A stretch of DNA of 64,000 bases from Methanomassiliicoccales archaeon (lineage in GTDB: Archaea > Thermoplasmatota > Thermoplasmata > Methanomassiliicoccales > UBA472): assembly GCA_013415865.1 (NCBI GenBank), contig CP058896.1:267957-331956 (forward strand). The letters are read 5' to 3'. Position 1 is the first letter of the stretch. Every line of letters starts with the position of its first letter. This document shows positions 44,385-53,472 of the stretch, in pieces. The translations under genes and the position numbers were made by a program. Below the pieces are notes generated by a model. That model made no database searches, was not told the DNA's origin, and was given only the letters and a program-made list of their open reading frames with translations.

Positions 44385-46598
44385 ATGAACGACAACGGCC
44401 CGAACGACGAAATCAGGATCCTCCTGATCGATGACGAGCCGAACCTGCTCGAAATGTCACAGGAACTGCTGGCCGAGGTCGGAAGATTTGAGGTCAAGGG
44501 AGTAATGTCCGCCCCGCAGGGATTGAGCGCCCTTGCGACCGAGAGGTTCGATGCTGTCGTGTGTGACTATGAGATGCCCGGCATGAACGGGATAAACCTG
44601 CTCCAGACCCTCAGAGCAGGGGGTTCCAAGGTACCGTTCATCCTTTTCACCGGAAAAGGGAGAGAGGAGGTCGTCATACAGGCCTTGAACAGCGGTGCTG
44701 ATTTCTACCTGCAGAAAGGAGGGGACGTCAGGGCGACCTTCACCGAGCTCGCGCACAAGGTCCGCACGGCCGTGGGGACGAGAAGGGCAGAGGAGGCCCT
44801 CAGGGAGAGCGAATACAGGTATAAGGGGCTGGTCGAGAGGACCCCGGACATGATCTGGGAGATCGACACGAACGGGACATTGTTATATGTGAGCCCTCAG
44901 GCCAGACCTTTGCTCGGTTTCGAGCCCCATGAGGCCATGGGAAGGTCTCTTTTTGATTTCATCGAGAGGGATGAGGTCGAGAGGGTGCAGGGTATCCTGA
45001 GGGCCAGTATCCTTGGCGACAAGAGCCACAAGGTGATGGAGGTCAAGGCAAGGTCCAAGGCGGGCGAACTTCGAACTATAGAGATAAGGTCGTTGCCGAA
45101 GACCGACACGGATGGCAGATTACTAGGATTCATAGGCCTTGCCAGGGACGTCACCGAGAAGAAGCGCTATCAGGAGATGCTGCTGCATTCCAATCAACTT
45201 ATGAGCTACATAATCGAGCATGCGAGGAGCGCTATCGCCGTCCATGACCGTGAGATGAGATACATCTACGTGAGCGAGAGCTATCTCCGGCAGTACAACG
45301 TCAAGGACAAGGATGTGATCGGGAAGCATCACTATGAGGTCTTCCCAGACCTTCCGCAGAAATGGCGGGATGTTCACCAACGGGTCCTTGCGGGGGAGGT
45401 GATGTCGGCTCAGGACGACCCCTATGTAAGAGAGGACGGGACCGTGCTCTGGACCGATTGGGAGTGCCGGCCTTGGTATGATGCCGATGGAAAGATCGGG
45501 GGATTGATCGTCTACACCGAGGTCATCAACGACAGGAAAAGGTTCGATCAGGAGCTGAGGGCGAATCAGGAAAAGCTTGAAGAGGCCATGCATCTTGCCA
45601 AGCTGGCTAACTGGGAATATGATGTGGTCAAGAACGAGATGATCCTGAACGATTGGTTCTACCGCATGATGGGCACAAGCGCTGAAGAGGTCGGCGGTTA
45701 CAAGCTCACGCCTGAGCAGTATGTTAAGATGTTCGTCTATCCAGATGACGCAGAGATCGTCAGTAACCGTTTCAAGATGGGGAGCAAGGAGCTCGGACCG
45801 GACCTCAGAGGTTATCTGGAGCACAGGGTCGTACGCTGGGACGGCGAGGTGAGGACCGTCCATGCCAGCTATCATGCCTTTAAAGATAAGGCATCCGGAA
45901 GGGTGGTAAGGGTCCTCGGAGCGATCCAGGATGTCGAGGAACGTGCGTTGTCCAATAAAGCATTGAAGGAGGTCCATAAGCACCTCGGGACCCTGTCGCA
46001 GATTACGGAGCATGACGTGCAGAACAAGATCCTTGTGGTCCTTGGCAATCTCGAGCTTGTAAGGAGGAAGGCCAAGGACAAGGACCTAGAGAAATACCTG
46101 GCAATGGTGGAGGCCGCCGTGAAGGACATCGAACTGCAGCTCAGGTTCATGAGGACCTATATCGAGGTCGGGCAAGGGGCACAGGGCTGGCAGAGATTAA
46201 GTGCCCTGGTCCCTGAGAGCCCTTCCAACGAGGTGATCATCGTGGATGACCTGAACGGGTATGAGGTCTACGCGGACCATATGCTCGGCAAGGTCTTCGC
46301 GAACCTTGTCGATAATTCGATAAGACATGGTGGCCACGTGCGCAGGATTGAGCTCAGGGCGGTCGTGGAAGATGATAAGTTGAAGGTGATCTACACCGAT
46401 GACGGCGTCGGCATCTCCGATGAGGAAAGGAGGACCCTTTTCACGCCTGGGGCCGGACATCACACCGGCTTCGGCATGTTCCTCTCCAAAGAGATATTGA
46501 ACATCACCGGGCTGAGCATCGAGGAGCGAGGGACCGATGGTAACGGTGCAAGGTTCGAGGTGATCGTCCCTATGGGGAAATGGCGCCGCGTCGTCTGA
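44385..46598 (+). CDS. Hybrid sensor: receiver (REC) + three PAS domains + histidine kinase
   Basis: REC is shown by ILLIDDEP...VVCDYEMPGMNG...FTGKG. The PAS regions include TPDMIWEIDTNGTLLYVSPQ... The H-box is ITEHDVQNKILVVLGNLEL. The HATPase boxes are NLVDNSIRHG, TDDGVGI and GFGMFLSKEI. Confidence 0.8.
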   Translation: MNDNGPNDEIRILLIDDEPNLLEMSQELLAEVGRFEVKGVMSAPQGLSALATERFDAVVCDYEMPGMNGINLLQTLRAGGSKVPFILFTGKGREEVVIQALNSGADFYLQKGGDVRATFTELAHKVRTAVGTRRAEEALRESEYRYKGLVERTPDMIWEIDTNGTLLYVSPQARPLLGFEPHEAMGRSLFDFIERDEVERVQGILRASILGDKSHKVMEVKARSKAGELRTIEIRSLPKTDTDGRLLGFIGLARDVTEKKRYQEMLLHSNQLMSYIIEHARSAIAVHDREMRYIYVSESYLRQYNVKDKDVIGKHHYEVFPDLPQKWRDVHQRVLAGEVMSAQDDPYVREDGTVLWTDWECRPWYDADGKIGGLIVYTEVINDRKRFDQELRANQEKLEEAMHLAKLANWEYDVVKNEMILNDWFYRMMGTSAEEVGGYKLTPEQYVKMFVYPDDAEIVSNRFKMGSKELGPDLRGYLEHRVVRWDGEVRTVHASYHAFKDKASGRVVRVLGAIQDVEERALSNKALKEVHKHLGTLSQITEHDVQNKILVVLGNLELVRRKAKDKDLEKYLAMVEAAVKDIELQLRFMRTYIEVGQGAQGWQRLSALVPESPSNEVIIVDDLNGYEVYADHMLGKVFANLVDNSIRHGGHVRRIELRAVVEDDKLKVIYTDDGVGISDEERRTLFTPGAGHHTGFGMFLSKEILNITGLSIEERGTDGNGARFEVIVPMGKWRRVV

Positions 46599-46790
46599 AG
46601 AATGACACGTAAAGATAATGGGCCCTCCCTCTGATAAGCTAAAATAATTCATTGGATGACGAAGGTCATCAGGTTGGTCATTGACGCCGGAGCGGAGAAG
46701 ACCGCGGATGTGACCGCGATGTTGTTCTCAACGTTCTGGACTGTACTTATATGGGCTAGGCATCGATGGTCGTGTGCAGAACCACATTGG

Positions 46791-47513
46791 TCATTTGATA
46801 TCGATGAGCTTCGGAGGACATTCGAACGGTGAACATACCTTCTCAAGCTTCCTCGGATACAGCATCTTGCCTATCACTGCCGCCGCCACTATTGCCCCCG
46901 CTATCTCGGCAATCATGAACACCACCGCATCACCAGGCGTGATGCCGCAGATCGCATACGTGAAGACCCGTGCGAACGTGACCATCGGGTTCGCGTACAT
47001 GGTGGAGGAGGTCGTTATAAGGAGCCCCCCGACCACAAAGGCCACCGCCAACGATGTGTTCCTTGACCCGGCCCGGACGCAGCCGTAGATGACGGACAAT
47101 AGGGCGAACGTCCCAACGAACTCCGCAAAATAAAGGGAGGGCGTCTTCGAGTTGTCGCTTATCGTCAAAAGGGCATCGTTGACGTCCCAGAACATTAGGT
47201 GCGTCGCGAGCAGCCCTATGAATCCTCCTATCATCTGGACAAGGATGTAGAGAGCGGCCTTCTTCGCAGGGATGTCCTTTGATATGTAGAGTGATAGCGT
47301 CACGGCAGGATTGAAATGCGCTCCGGATATCGGAGAGAACGTCTCGATCAGGGCGTAAAGGACCATAGCCACCGCCAGGGCGTTCATGAACACCGCTATC
47401 CCGACATCGGCATGGAATACCTCGATCGGGAGGATCGTGGAACCGATGGCCACGATTACCAGGAACATCGATCCTAAGAACTCTGCTGTCAGATTCTGTT
47501 TAAGTGTGGCCAT
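46791..47513 (-). CDS. MIP-family channel (aquaporin/aquaglyceroporin-like) with NPA / NPM motifs
   Basis: 240 aa. The first motif SGAHFNPAVT is canonical. The second reads YANPMVTFAR instead of NPAR. The protein has six hydrophobic helices and a C-terminal CSPFECPP. Confidence 0.8.
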   Translation of the reverse strand: MATLKQNLTAEFLGSMFLVIVAIGSTILPIEVFHADVGIAVFMNALAVAMVLYALIETFSPISGAHFNPAVTLSLYISKDIPAKKAALYILVQMIGGFIGLLATHLMFWDVNDALLTISDNSKTPSLYFAEFVGTFALLSVIYGCVRAGSRNTSLAVAFVVGGLLITTSSTMYANPMVTFARVFTYAICGITPGDAVVFMIAEIAGAIVAAAVIGKMLYPRKLEKVCSPFECPPKLIDIK

Positions 47514-47875
47514 ATACGCTCCCCCCGAACGGTGACCTTACTTTATTTATAATATTAAAATTTAATTAATAACTTAAATAATTAAGTGAAAAACGCGAAG
47601 GTCAGACGACTTCTAGATGACGATTCGACGACAACCGTGTTGGCAACGACACTTAACGGTATTTAGATACGTCAATCATATATTTTCGAAGAATATGTGC
47701 ATTATTCGTATTATTTCGACAATTATCGTTGAATTAATACGAAAGATATAATTATGAAAGTTTTCTTGATGCGACTTTCGAAACTCTTAAAAATAGAACC
47801 AGCTTTTATGGCCAACGATCAAACCATTTATTGAAACGCCAAGTTGGTGATAGGTCTACCGGAGGAATAGTTCGG

Positions 47876-49852
47876 ATGAGCGAAAAGACGATCGAGTCAG
47901 TGATGGAGGAGGACAGGAGGTTCGAGCCTGCGAAGGAGTTCAGTGAACGTGCGCACATCAGGTCGATGGCTGAATACGAAAAGATGTACGCAGAGTCTAT
48001 CAAGGACCCCGTCGCCTTCTGGGAGAAGTACGCCGACTGCCTGCACTGGTTCGCCAGGTGGAACAATGTTTTCAGCTGGGACGTCAACGAGGCAAGGATC
48101 AGATGGTTCGAGGGCGGGAAGACCAACGCATGCTACAATTGTGTCGATCGTCATGCCTTGGGGCCGAGGAAGAACAAGGCCGCGATAATCTGGCAGGGAG
48201 AGAACGACGAGGAGGTGAAGACCTACACCTACCAGCAGCTGATGGTCGAGGTGTCAAAGTTCGCGAACGTCTTGAAGAGCAAGGGCGTGCAGAAAGGGGA
48301 CCGGGTGTCCATCTACCTGCCTATGATCCCGGAGCTGGTCATCAGCATGCTGGCATGCGCAAGGATAGGTGCTATACATAGCGTGGTGTTCGGAGGGTTC
48401 AGCTCGGATTCGTTGCGGGACAGGATCAATGACAGCTCGTGCAAGCTTCTGATAACAGCCGACGGCAACCATCGCGGCGGAAAGCTGGTCACGTTGAAGC
48501 AGAACGCTGACGCCGCATTAGAGAAGGGGACGTCGGTGGAATGTGTTCTAGTGGTCAAACGTGCTGGCAACGAGGTCGTGATGGAAGAGGGCAGGGACTT
48601 CTGGCTCCATGAGGAGATGAAGAAGGCATCGCACGTATGCGACCCTGTGTGGATGGACGCGGAGGACCCCTTGTTCATCCTATACACCTCTGGCTCGACC
48701 GGCAAACCGAAGGGTGTCGTCCACACCACCGGTGGATATCTGGTGTACGCGGCGACCACGTTCAAGTACATATTCGACTACCATGATGAGGATGTCTACT
48801 GGTGCACCGCCGACTGCGGATGGATCACCGGGCACTCGTACATCACCTACGGTCCCCTGCTCAACGGTGCCACCCAGATCGTGTTCGAAGGAATTCCGAC
48901 ATATCCAGCGGTCGACCGCTTCTGGCAGGTCGTCGAGAAGTTCGGCGTCAACATATTCTACACCGCCCCGACGGCGATCCGCTCTCTGATGAGGGAGGGC
49001 GAGAAATGGCCGAACGGAAGGGACCTCTCATCGCTCAGGTTGCTAGGGTCTGTCGGTGAACCCATCAACCCGGAGGCCTGGATATGGTACCACAAGCACA
49101 TCGGCCGTGAGAAGTGCCCCATCGTTGACACCTGGTGGCAGACCGAGACAGGCGGAATAATGATAACCCCTCTTCCAGGCGCGACCGTGACCAAGCCAGG
49201 TTCCGCGACCTTCCCGTTCTTCGGGATCGAGCCCGCCATCTACAAGGAGGATGGAAAGCCGGCGGAGCCGAACGAAGGCGGTTACCTTGTCATCAAGAAG
49301 CCCTGGCCGGGCATCATGAGGACCGTGTACGGTCAGCATGAGAGGTTCAAGGAGACGTATTGGAGCCGCTTCCCTGGTGTGTATTTCACAGGGGACAGCG
49401 CAAGGAAGGACAAGGACGGCTACATATGGATCATGGGCAGGGTCGACGATGTGATCAAGGTCAGCGGGCACAGGATAGGCGCCGCGGAGGTCGAGTCCGC
49501 GCTGGTCGCCCATCCGAAGGTCGCCGAGGCGGCGGTCGTGCCGATGCCCCATGAGATCAAGGGAGAAGCGATCTATGCGTATGTGACGCTGAAGACCGGG
49601 GTCGAGGAGTCGCCCGAATTGGTCAAGGAGCTCATACTCCATGTCAGGAAGATGGTCGGACCGATCGCCGCCCCGGACGTGATACAGTTCGCGCCAGGCC
49701 TTCCGAAGACCAGAAGCGGGAAGATCATGCGCCGTATCCTGAGGAAGATCGCCTCGGACCAGGAGGAGGAGCTTGGCGACACCACGACCTTGGCGGACCC
49801 TACCGTCGTGGACAAGCTCGTGGCGGACCACAAGAAGATCAAGAAGAAGTGA
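47876..49852 (+). CDS. acs: Acetyl-CoA synthetase (AMP-forming)
   Basis: ATG 47876 is preceded by GGAGGA. Full-length Acs signatures are present: [40 protein letters not shown], and [15 protein letters not shown]...[11 protein letters not shown]. Confidence 0.95.
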   Translation: MSEKTIESVMEEDRRFEPAKEFSERAHIRSMAEYEKMYAESIKDPVAFWEKYADCLHWFARWNNVFSWDVNEARIRWFEGGKTNACYNCVDRHALGPRKNKAAIIWQGENDEEVKTYTYQQLMVEVSKFANVLKSKGVQKGDRVSIYLPMIPELVISMLACARIGAIHSVVFGGFSSDSLRDRINDSSCKLLITADGNHRGGKLVTLKQNADAALEKGTSVECVLVVKRAGNEVVMEEGRDFWLHEEMKKASHVCDPVWMDAEDPLFILYTSGSTGKPKGVVHTTGGYLVYAATTFKYIFDYHDEDVYWCTADCGWITGHSYITYGPLLNGATQIVFEGIPTYPAVDRFWQVVEKFGVNIFYTAPTAIRSLMREGEKWPNGRDLSSLRLLGSVGEPINPEAWIWYHKHIGREKCPIVDTWWQTETGGIMITPLPGATVTKPGSATFPFFGIEPAIYKEDGKPAEPNEGGYLVIKKPWPGIMRTVYGQHERFKETYWSRFPGVYFTGDSARKDKDGYIWIMGRVDDVIKVSGHRIGAAEVESALVAHPKVAEAAVVPMPHEIKGEAIYAYVTLKTGVEESPELVKELILHVRKMVGPIAAPDVIQFAPGLPKTRSGKIMRRILRKIASDQEEELGDTTTLADPTVVDKLVADHKKIKKK

Positions 49853-49918
49853 TATTCTTCAATGGGTACGTCTGCCATTTCCAAAACCCATTTATATTCA
49901 TTATGAATCCGTGAACAT

Positions 49919-50017
49919 GGTCCGGAAACTCCACCGGACCACCCCTAAAACGACTCCTCCAGAGTGTCAATCGTTCTGGAGAAAAACCCTTGGGGCGGGG
50001 ACCTCCAACCCCGCCCC
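49919..50017 (+). ncRNA. Candidate structured small RNA or 5' leader: three consecutive perfect stem-loops
   Basis: Hairpin 1 is GGTCCGG-aaactcca-CCGGACC (49919-49940). Hairpin 2 is CTCCAGA-gtgtcaatcgt-TCTGGAG (49957-49981). Hairpin 3 is GGGGCGGGG-acctccaa-CCCCGCCCC (49992-50017). A TATA-like TTTATATT at 49891-49898 lies 28 nt upstream, and TTTT follows at 50042-50045. Confidence 0.3.
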
Positions 50018-50215
50018 ATACACCCGCCCTTCTGATATCAATTTTGGTAACTGAAAAATATGTCTTTTAAATCCCGTCGATGCTCCTCAGGGCAAGGGAC
50101 GGTACGGGCGACCTGTTCGATACCCCCTAAATGGCTCACCTTCCATGTTCCTCTGTCGCCCGTATGCCCTCACAATGAGGCTGACCCCTTGAGACGAAAC
50201 GAAGAGAGGCTCTCC

Positions 50216-53200
50216 ATGAGCGACCGCGGATATGACGATGGGGAGGAGGATGTCATGGTCAAGGATGACCAGGATGATTACGGCCCCGCGAGAAGAAGGA
50301 GCGTTTTCAAGGACTTCTGCAACGTGCTCAAGAATTTCGTCACCGTCGACGAGCTTGATTATAAGAGCGAGAAGGACCTCGTCGCGCATATGGACGAGGA
50401 CAGGGCCGTCATGCACACGAACAAGGACCTTGAGGTAACTTACATAACATCAAGATGCAAAGAGCTGCTTGGCCTCAAGGACGAGGTCATCGGAAAGAGC
50501 GTCGCATCGGCCATCCCGACGAGCGGAATGAACAAGGATCACCTGGAAGAGGTCAGGAGGGCGCTGGTCGTCAACGGGGAGAGGTTCAGGACACTTACGG
50601 TGAGCTATGAGAAGGGCAGGGATCTGCGATGGATTCAGTTCTCCATCGAGAAGTCCACGGATGCTTCTGGTGCCGTAGATAAACTGATATGGACCTGCAA
50701 GGACGTGACAGGCTCTGTGCTCTTCGGGAGCAAAGGTACCAAGGCTGACCAGGATGTTAGGCCTTTCATAGAGGCGGTGCCGATCCCTTTATTGTTGTTG
50801 GGCAAGGACCTTAGACCGAGGTCATGGAACGGCCCGTTCCTGGACCTGTTCGGAATGGAGAGCCCGGCCTCAGACAGGCTGTTGGACCTTATGCTTCAAA
50901 AGGTGGTGGATGCGAAAAAACTTCGTTCCGCCCTTCTCTCCGACCCTGATGACGTTGTGGACCCGGTGACGTTCGACCTTGTTGACGGGAGGAGATTGAT
51001 CGCCGTCAGGTCCGACAAGAGAATCGGCGAAGATGTCCTTTGGTCCTTCAAGGAGGCCATGACCAAAGAAGCCGCGGCGGATATGGGAAGGAAGACCGTC
51101 GACAACCTGCCTGTGAACGTGTGGGAAACAGATGCTGGATTCAAGGTACTCTCCGCGACCAAAGGTCTTGAGAGGCTCCTTGGTCATGAGGTCGATGACA
51201 TGGTGGGATACTCCCTGATGAACATCGTCTGCGACGAGGACCGGGATAGGCTGAGATCTCATCTGAGGTCCATCAAGGCAAGACCTAGCAGCATCGAGGT
51301 GCGCATGCTCAAGGCCGATGGGGATGTCCTCTGGATGAGATTGGACTGCCAAAGGCTCTCAGGGGACAAGGGCCTTCAACCAGGATACATGATAGTCGGC
51401 GGTGACGTCTCAGAGAAGAAGTTCATGGAGCGGTCGCTGTCGGACCTTGTCTATATCTTCAATTTCCTCATGAACCATATCCATGAAGGCGTCTGGATCA
51501 TCGACCAGAACAACCGCCTTGTCCAATGGAACATGATGATGGAATCGATAACGGGCGTGCATTCCTCTGATGCCTTGGGAAAGACCCTTGAGGACCTTTC
51601 ATCCGAATGCGAAGGGTTCGATGAGGTGGCGAAGGCTGCGCGCAATGTCGTCGAGAAGAAGAGGAGCCTGCCGTTCAACAACCAGGTCGAGGTATCACTC
51701 AGACCTGTGAATGGCGTCGGGTCCGACGTCGTGGTCGAGATGTCCCAGATGATGACGGAGAACGGCAGGGTCGTGATGGGGGTCTGCTCGCTGAAGAGGC
51801 CGATCGTGCACGCCGTCCCCGCGTTGGGCGCCGGTGACGTGTTCAAGAACATCGTCGACAACTCGCCCGACCTCATCGTGGACATCTCTACCGAGGGGGA
51901 GGTTCTCTACTGCAACAAGACCATGGAAAAGATCGTTGGAAGGGATGTCGGTCAATTGATAGGGTACAGCATCAAGGACCTCTTCATGGATTGGCCTGTC
52001 GAAACATATAGCCAGGCCGCGGAAGGGGCGACCTTGGAACCGTTCGACCTTGACGTGGTCGACACGGACGGGAGGACAAGGACCTATCATATCAACAGGA
52101 TATCCTTTGACAAGGAGACGAGCTCGTCACAGTTCTACGGAAGGGAGATGACGGAGGTCATTGAGACGAAGAAGATGCTAGGCATGAGCGAGGAGATGAA
52201 GAGGCTCCTGCTGGAGACGCATCCTGCGCCCGTGTTCCTGACCGACCCTCTTGGGAGCGTCGTGTACATGAACAGAGAGGCAAGACGTGTGTTCGGGAGC
52301 GAGAGCGAGGTCGGATGCCTCGAGAACATACTGGACCCTGTAGGTCTCGCGATGTACGCTGAGTGCGTCGATGGGATGGAGAAGGGCGGTCCGATGAAAA
52401 GGGTCTCCCTGGACTTCCACGACAGGGAAGGGAGGACCCATAGGGCCGACGTCGATGTCGAACCGATCGCCGACAAGGAGGGCGCCATAGCCAGCTATCT
52501 TGTCATATTCAGCAACCTGGAGGCTCCCGGGACCGGAGAGGATGGCCTGGCAAGGACGTTGGGGACCGCAGACGACCTTTCAGGGCCCTCATGGATGGAG
52601 GATAGGGCATGCCTCGAGGTCGAGCAGAAAGAGGAAGAGGGGGGCATAATCAGCACGATCGAAGAAGAGGTCGAACTGCTGGAGATCGCAAATGACAATA
52701 ATGATGTCATCACAGAAGAGGAGGAGCAAGGACCAGGACAGAATGGACGAGCGGAGGTCGCTGATGAGGCCGCGCATGATCCGACCTCCTCGTCTCCCCG
52801 TTGGATACCGTTAAGGGCGATCTGCGATGCCGCCTTGGAAGAGCACGGCGAGGACGCAGAACCGATGGGGACCATCGACAATATAGAGATCTTCGCGGTC
52901 CCAGATGCAATGAATGTGATTTCGGAGCTGGTGGACAACTCTTTCACCCATGGGGTCACCACGAGCAAGGTGGATGTAAAGTTCTTCATAGGTGACAAGG
53001 GAGGATATCTTGTCGTCGAGGACGATGGGAAAGGGATACCTCCTGAGAAGAAGGGAAGGATATTCGACAAGGGGCCGGGCGACGAGGTCCATGCCCTATG
53101 CAGGTTGAGGAACACCCTTGCGACCACTGGTATCGTAATAGATGAGGTGAGCGAACAGGGCAGGGGCGCACGTTTCGAGCTCTTCATCCCCGACGACAGG

Positions 53201-53218
53201 TACCGTAGGATAAAATGA
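50216..53218 (+). CDS. Multi-PAS sensor with degenerate histidine-kinase-like C-terminus
   Basis: The start is ATG 50216 (MSDRGYDD), with 50060 as an alternative. It has several PAS-like modules, an acidic linker (EQKEEEGGIISTIEEEVELLEIANDNNDVITEEEEQ), an N-box (ELVDNSFTHG) and a G1 box (EDDGKGI). I could find no clear H-box or G2 box. Confidence 0.65.
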   Translation: MSDRGYDDGEEDVMVKDDQDDYGPARRRSVFKDFCNVLKNFVTVDELDYKSEKDLVAHMDEDRAVMHTNKDLEVTYITSRCKELLGLKDEVIGKSVASAIPTSGMNKDHLEEVRRALVVNGERFRTLTVSYEKGRDLRWIQFSIEKSTDASGAVDKLIWTCKDVTGSVLFGSKGTKADQDVRPFIEAVPIPLLLLGKDLRPRSWNGPFLDLFGMESPASDRLLDLMLQKVVDAKKLRSALLSDPDDVVDPVTFDLVDGRRLIAVRSDKRIGEDVLWSFKEAMTKEAAADMGRKTVDNLPVNVWETDAGFKVLSATKGLERLLGHEVDDMVGYSLMNIVCDEDRDRLRSHLRSIKARPSSIEVRMLKADGDVLWMRLDCQRLSGDKGLQPGYMIVGGDVSEKKFMERSLSDLVYIFNFLMNHIHEGVWIIDQNNRLVQWNMMMESITGVHSSDALGKTLEDLSSECEGFDEVAKAARNVVEKKRSLPFNNQVEVSLRPVNGVGSDVVVEMSQMMTENGRVVMGVCSLKRPIVHAVPALGAGDVFKNIVDNSPDLIVDISTEGEVLYCNKTMEKIVGRDVGQLIGYSIKDLFMDWPVETYSQAAEGATLEPFDLDVVDTDGRTRTYHINRISFDKETSSSQFYGREMTEVIETKKMLGMSEEMKRLLLETHPAPVFLTDPLGSVVYMNREARRVFGSESEVGCLENILDPVGLAMYAECVDGMEKGGPMKRVSLDFHDREGRTHRADVDVEPIADKEGAIASYLVIFSNLEAPGTGEDGLARTLGTADDLSGPSWMEDRACLEVEQKEEEGGIISTIEEEVELLEIANDNNDVITEEEEQGPGQNGRAEVADEAAHDPTSSSPRWIPLRAICDAALEEHGEDAEPMGTIDNIEIFAVPDAMNVISELVDNSFTHGVTTSKVDVKFFIGDKGGYLVVEDDGKGIPPEKKGRIFDKGPGDEVHALCRLRNTLATTGIVIDEVSEQGRGARFELFIPDDRYRRIK

Positions 53219-53472
53219 TGGCCAGATAATTCCAGCTATGCCATTTTTATCATCTTTGATTGCCGTGGCTGTCCTATTTATATCATCCGTTGAAGGTTCT
53301 GAGATATAAGGCCACATGATCGCTGATCAAGAAATGGATGTGGGAGCAGTGATAGGGGCCGAGACCTGAGAGGGATGATGTGATGCTCCAAGACCCTGAT
53401 GGGGAATGTGGCCCTATGGATCCGCCGCGAAGCAGAACGGCACATATTAACATGACATGACAAGGTGTTGAC

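Noticed and set aside
45123-46013. A 296-aa minus-strand ORF lies inside the RR-PAS-HK gene. Similar cases are the 262-aa ORF at 49043-49831 inside acs and the 225-aa ORF at 15994-16671 inside the aminotransferase.
   Set aside because: These are antisense shadows in GC-rich coding DNA. The sense frames have unambiguous family motifs.
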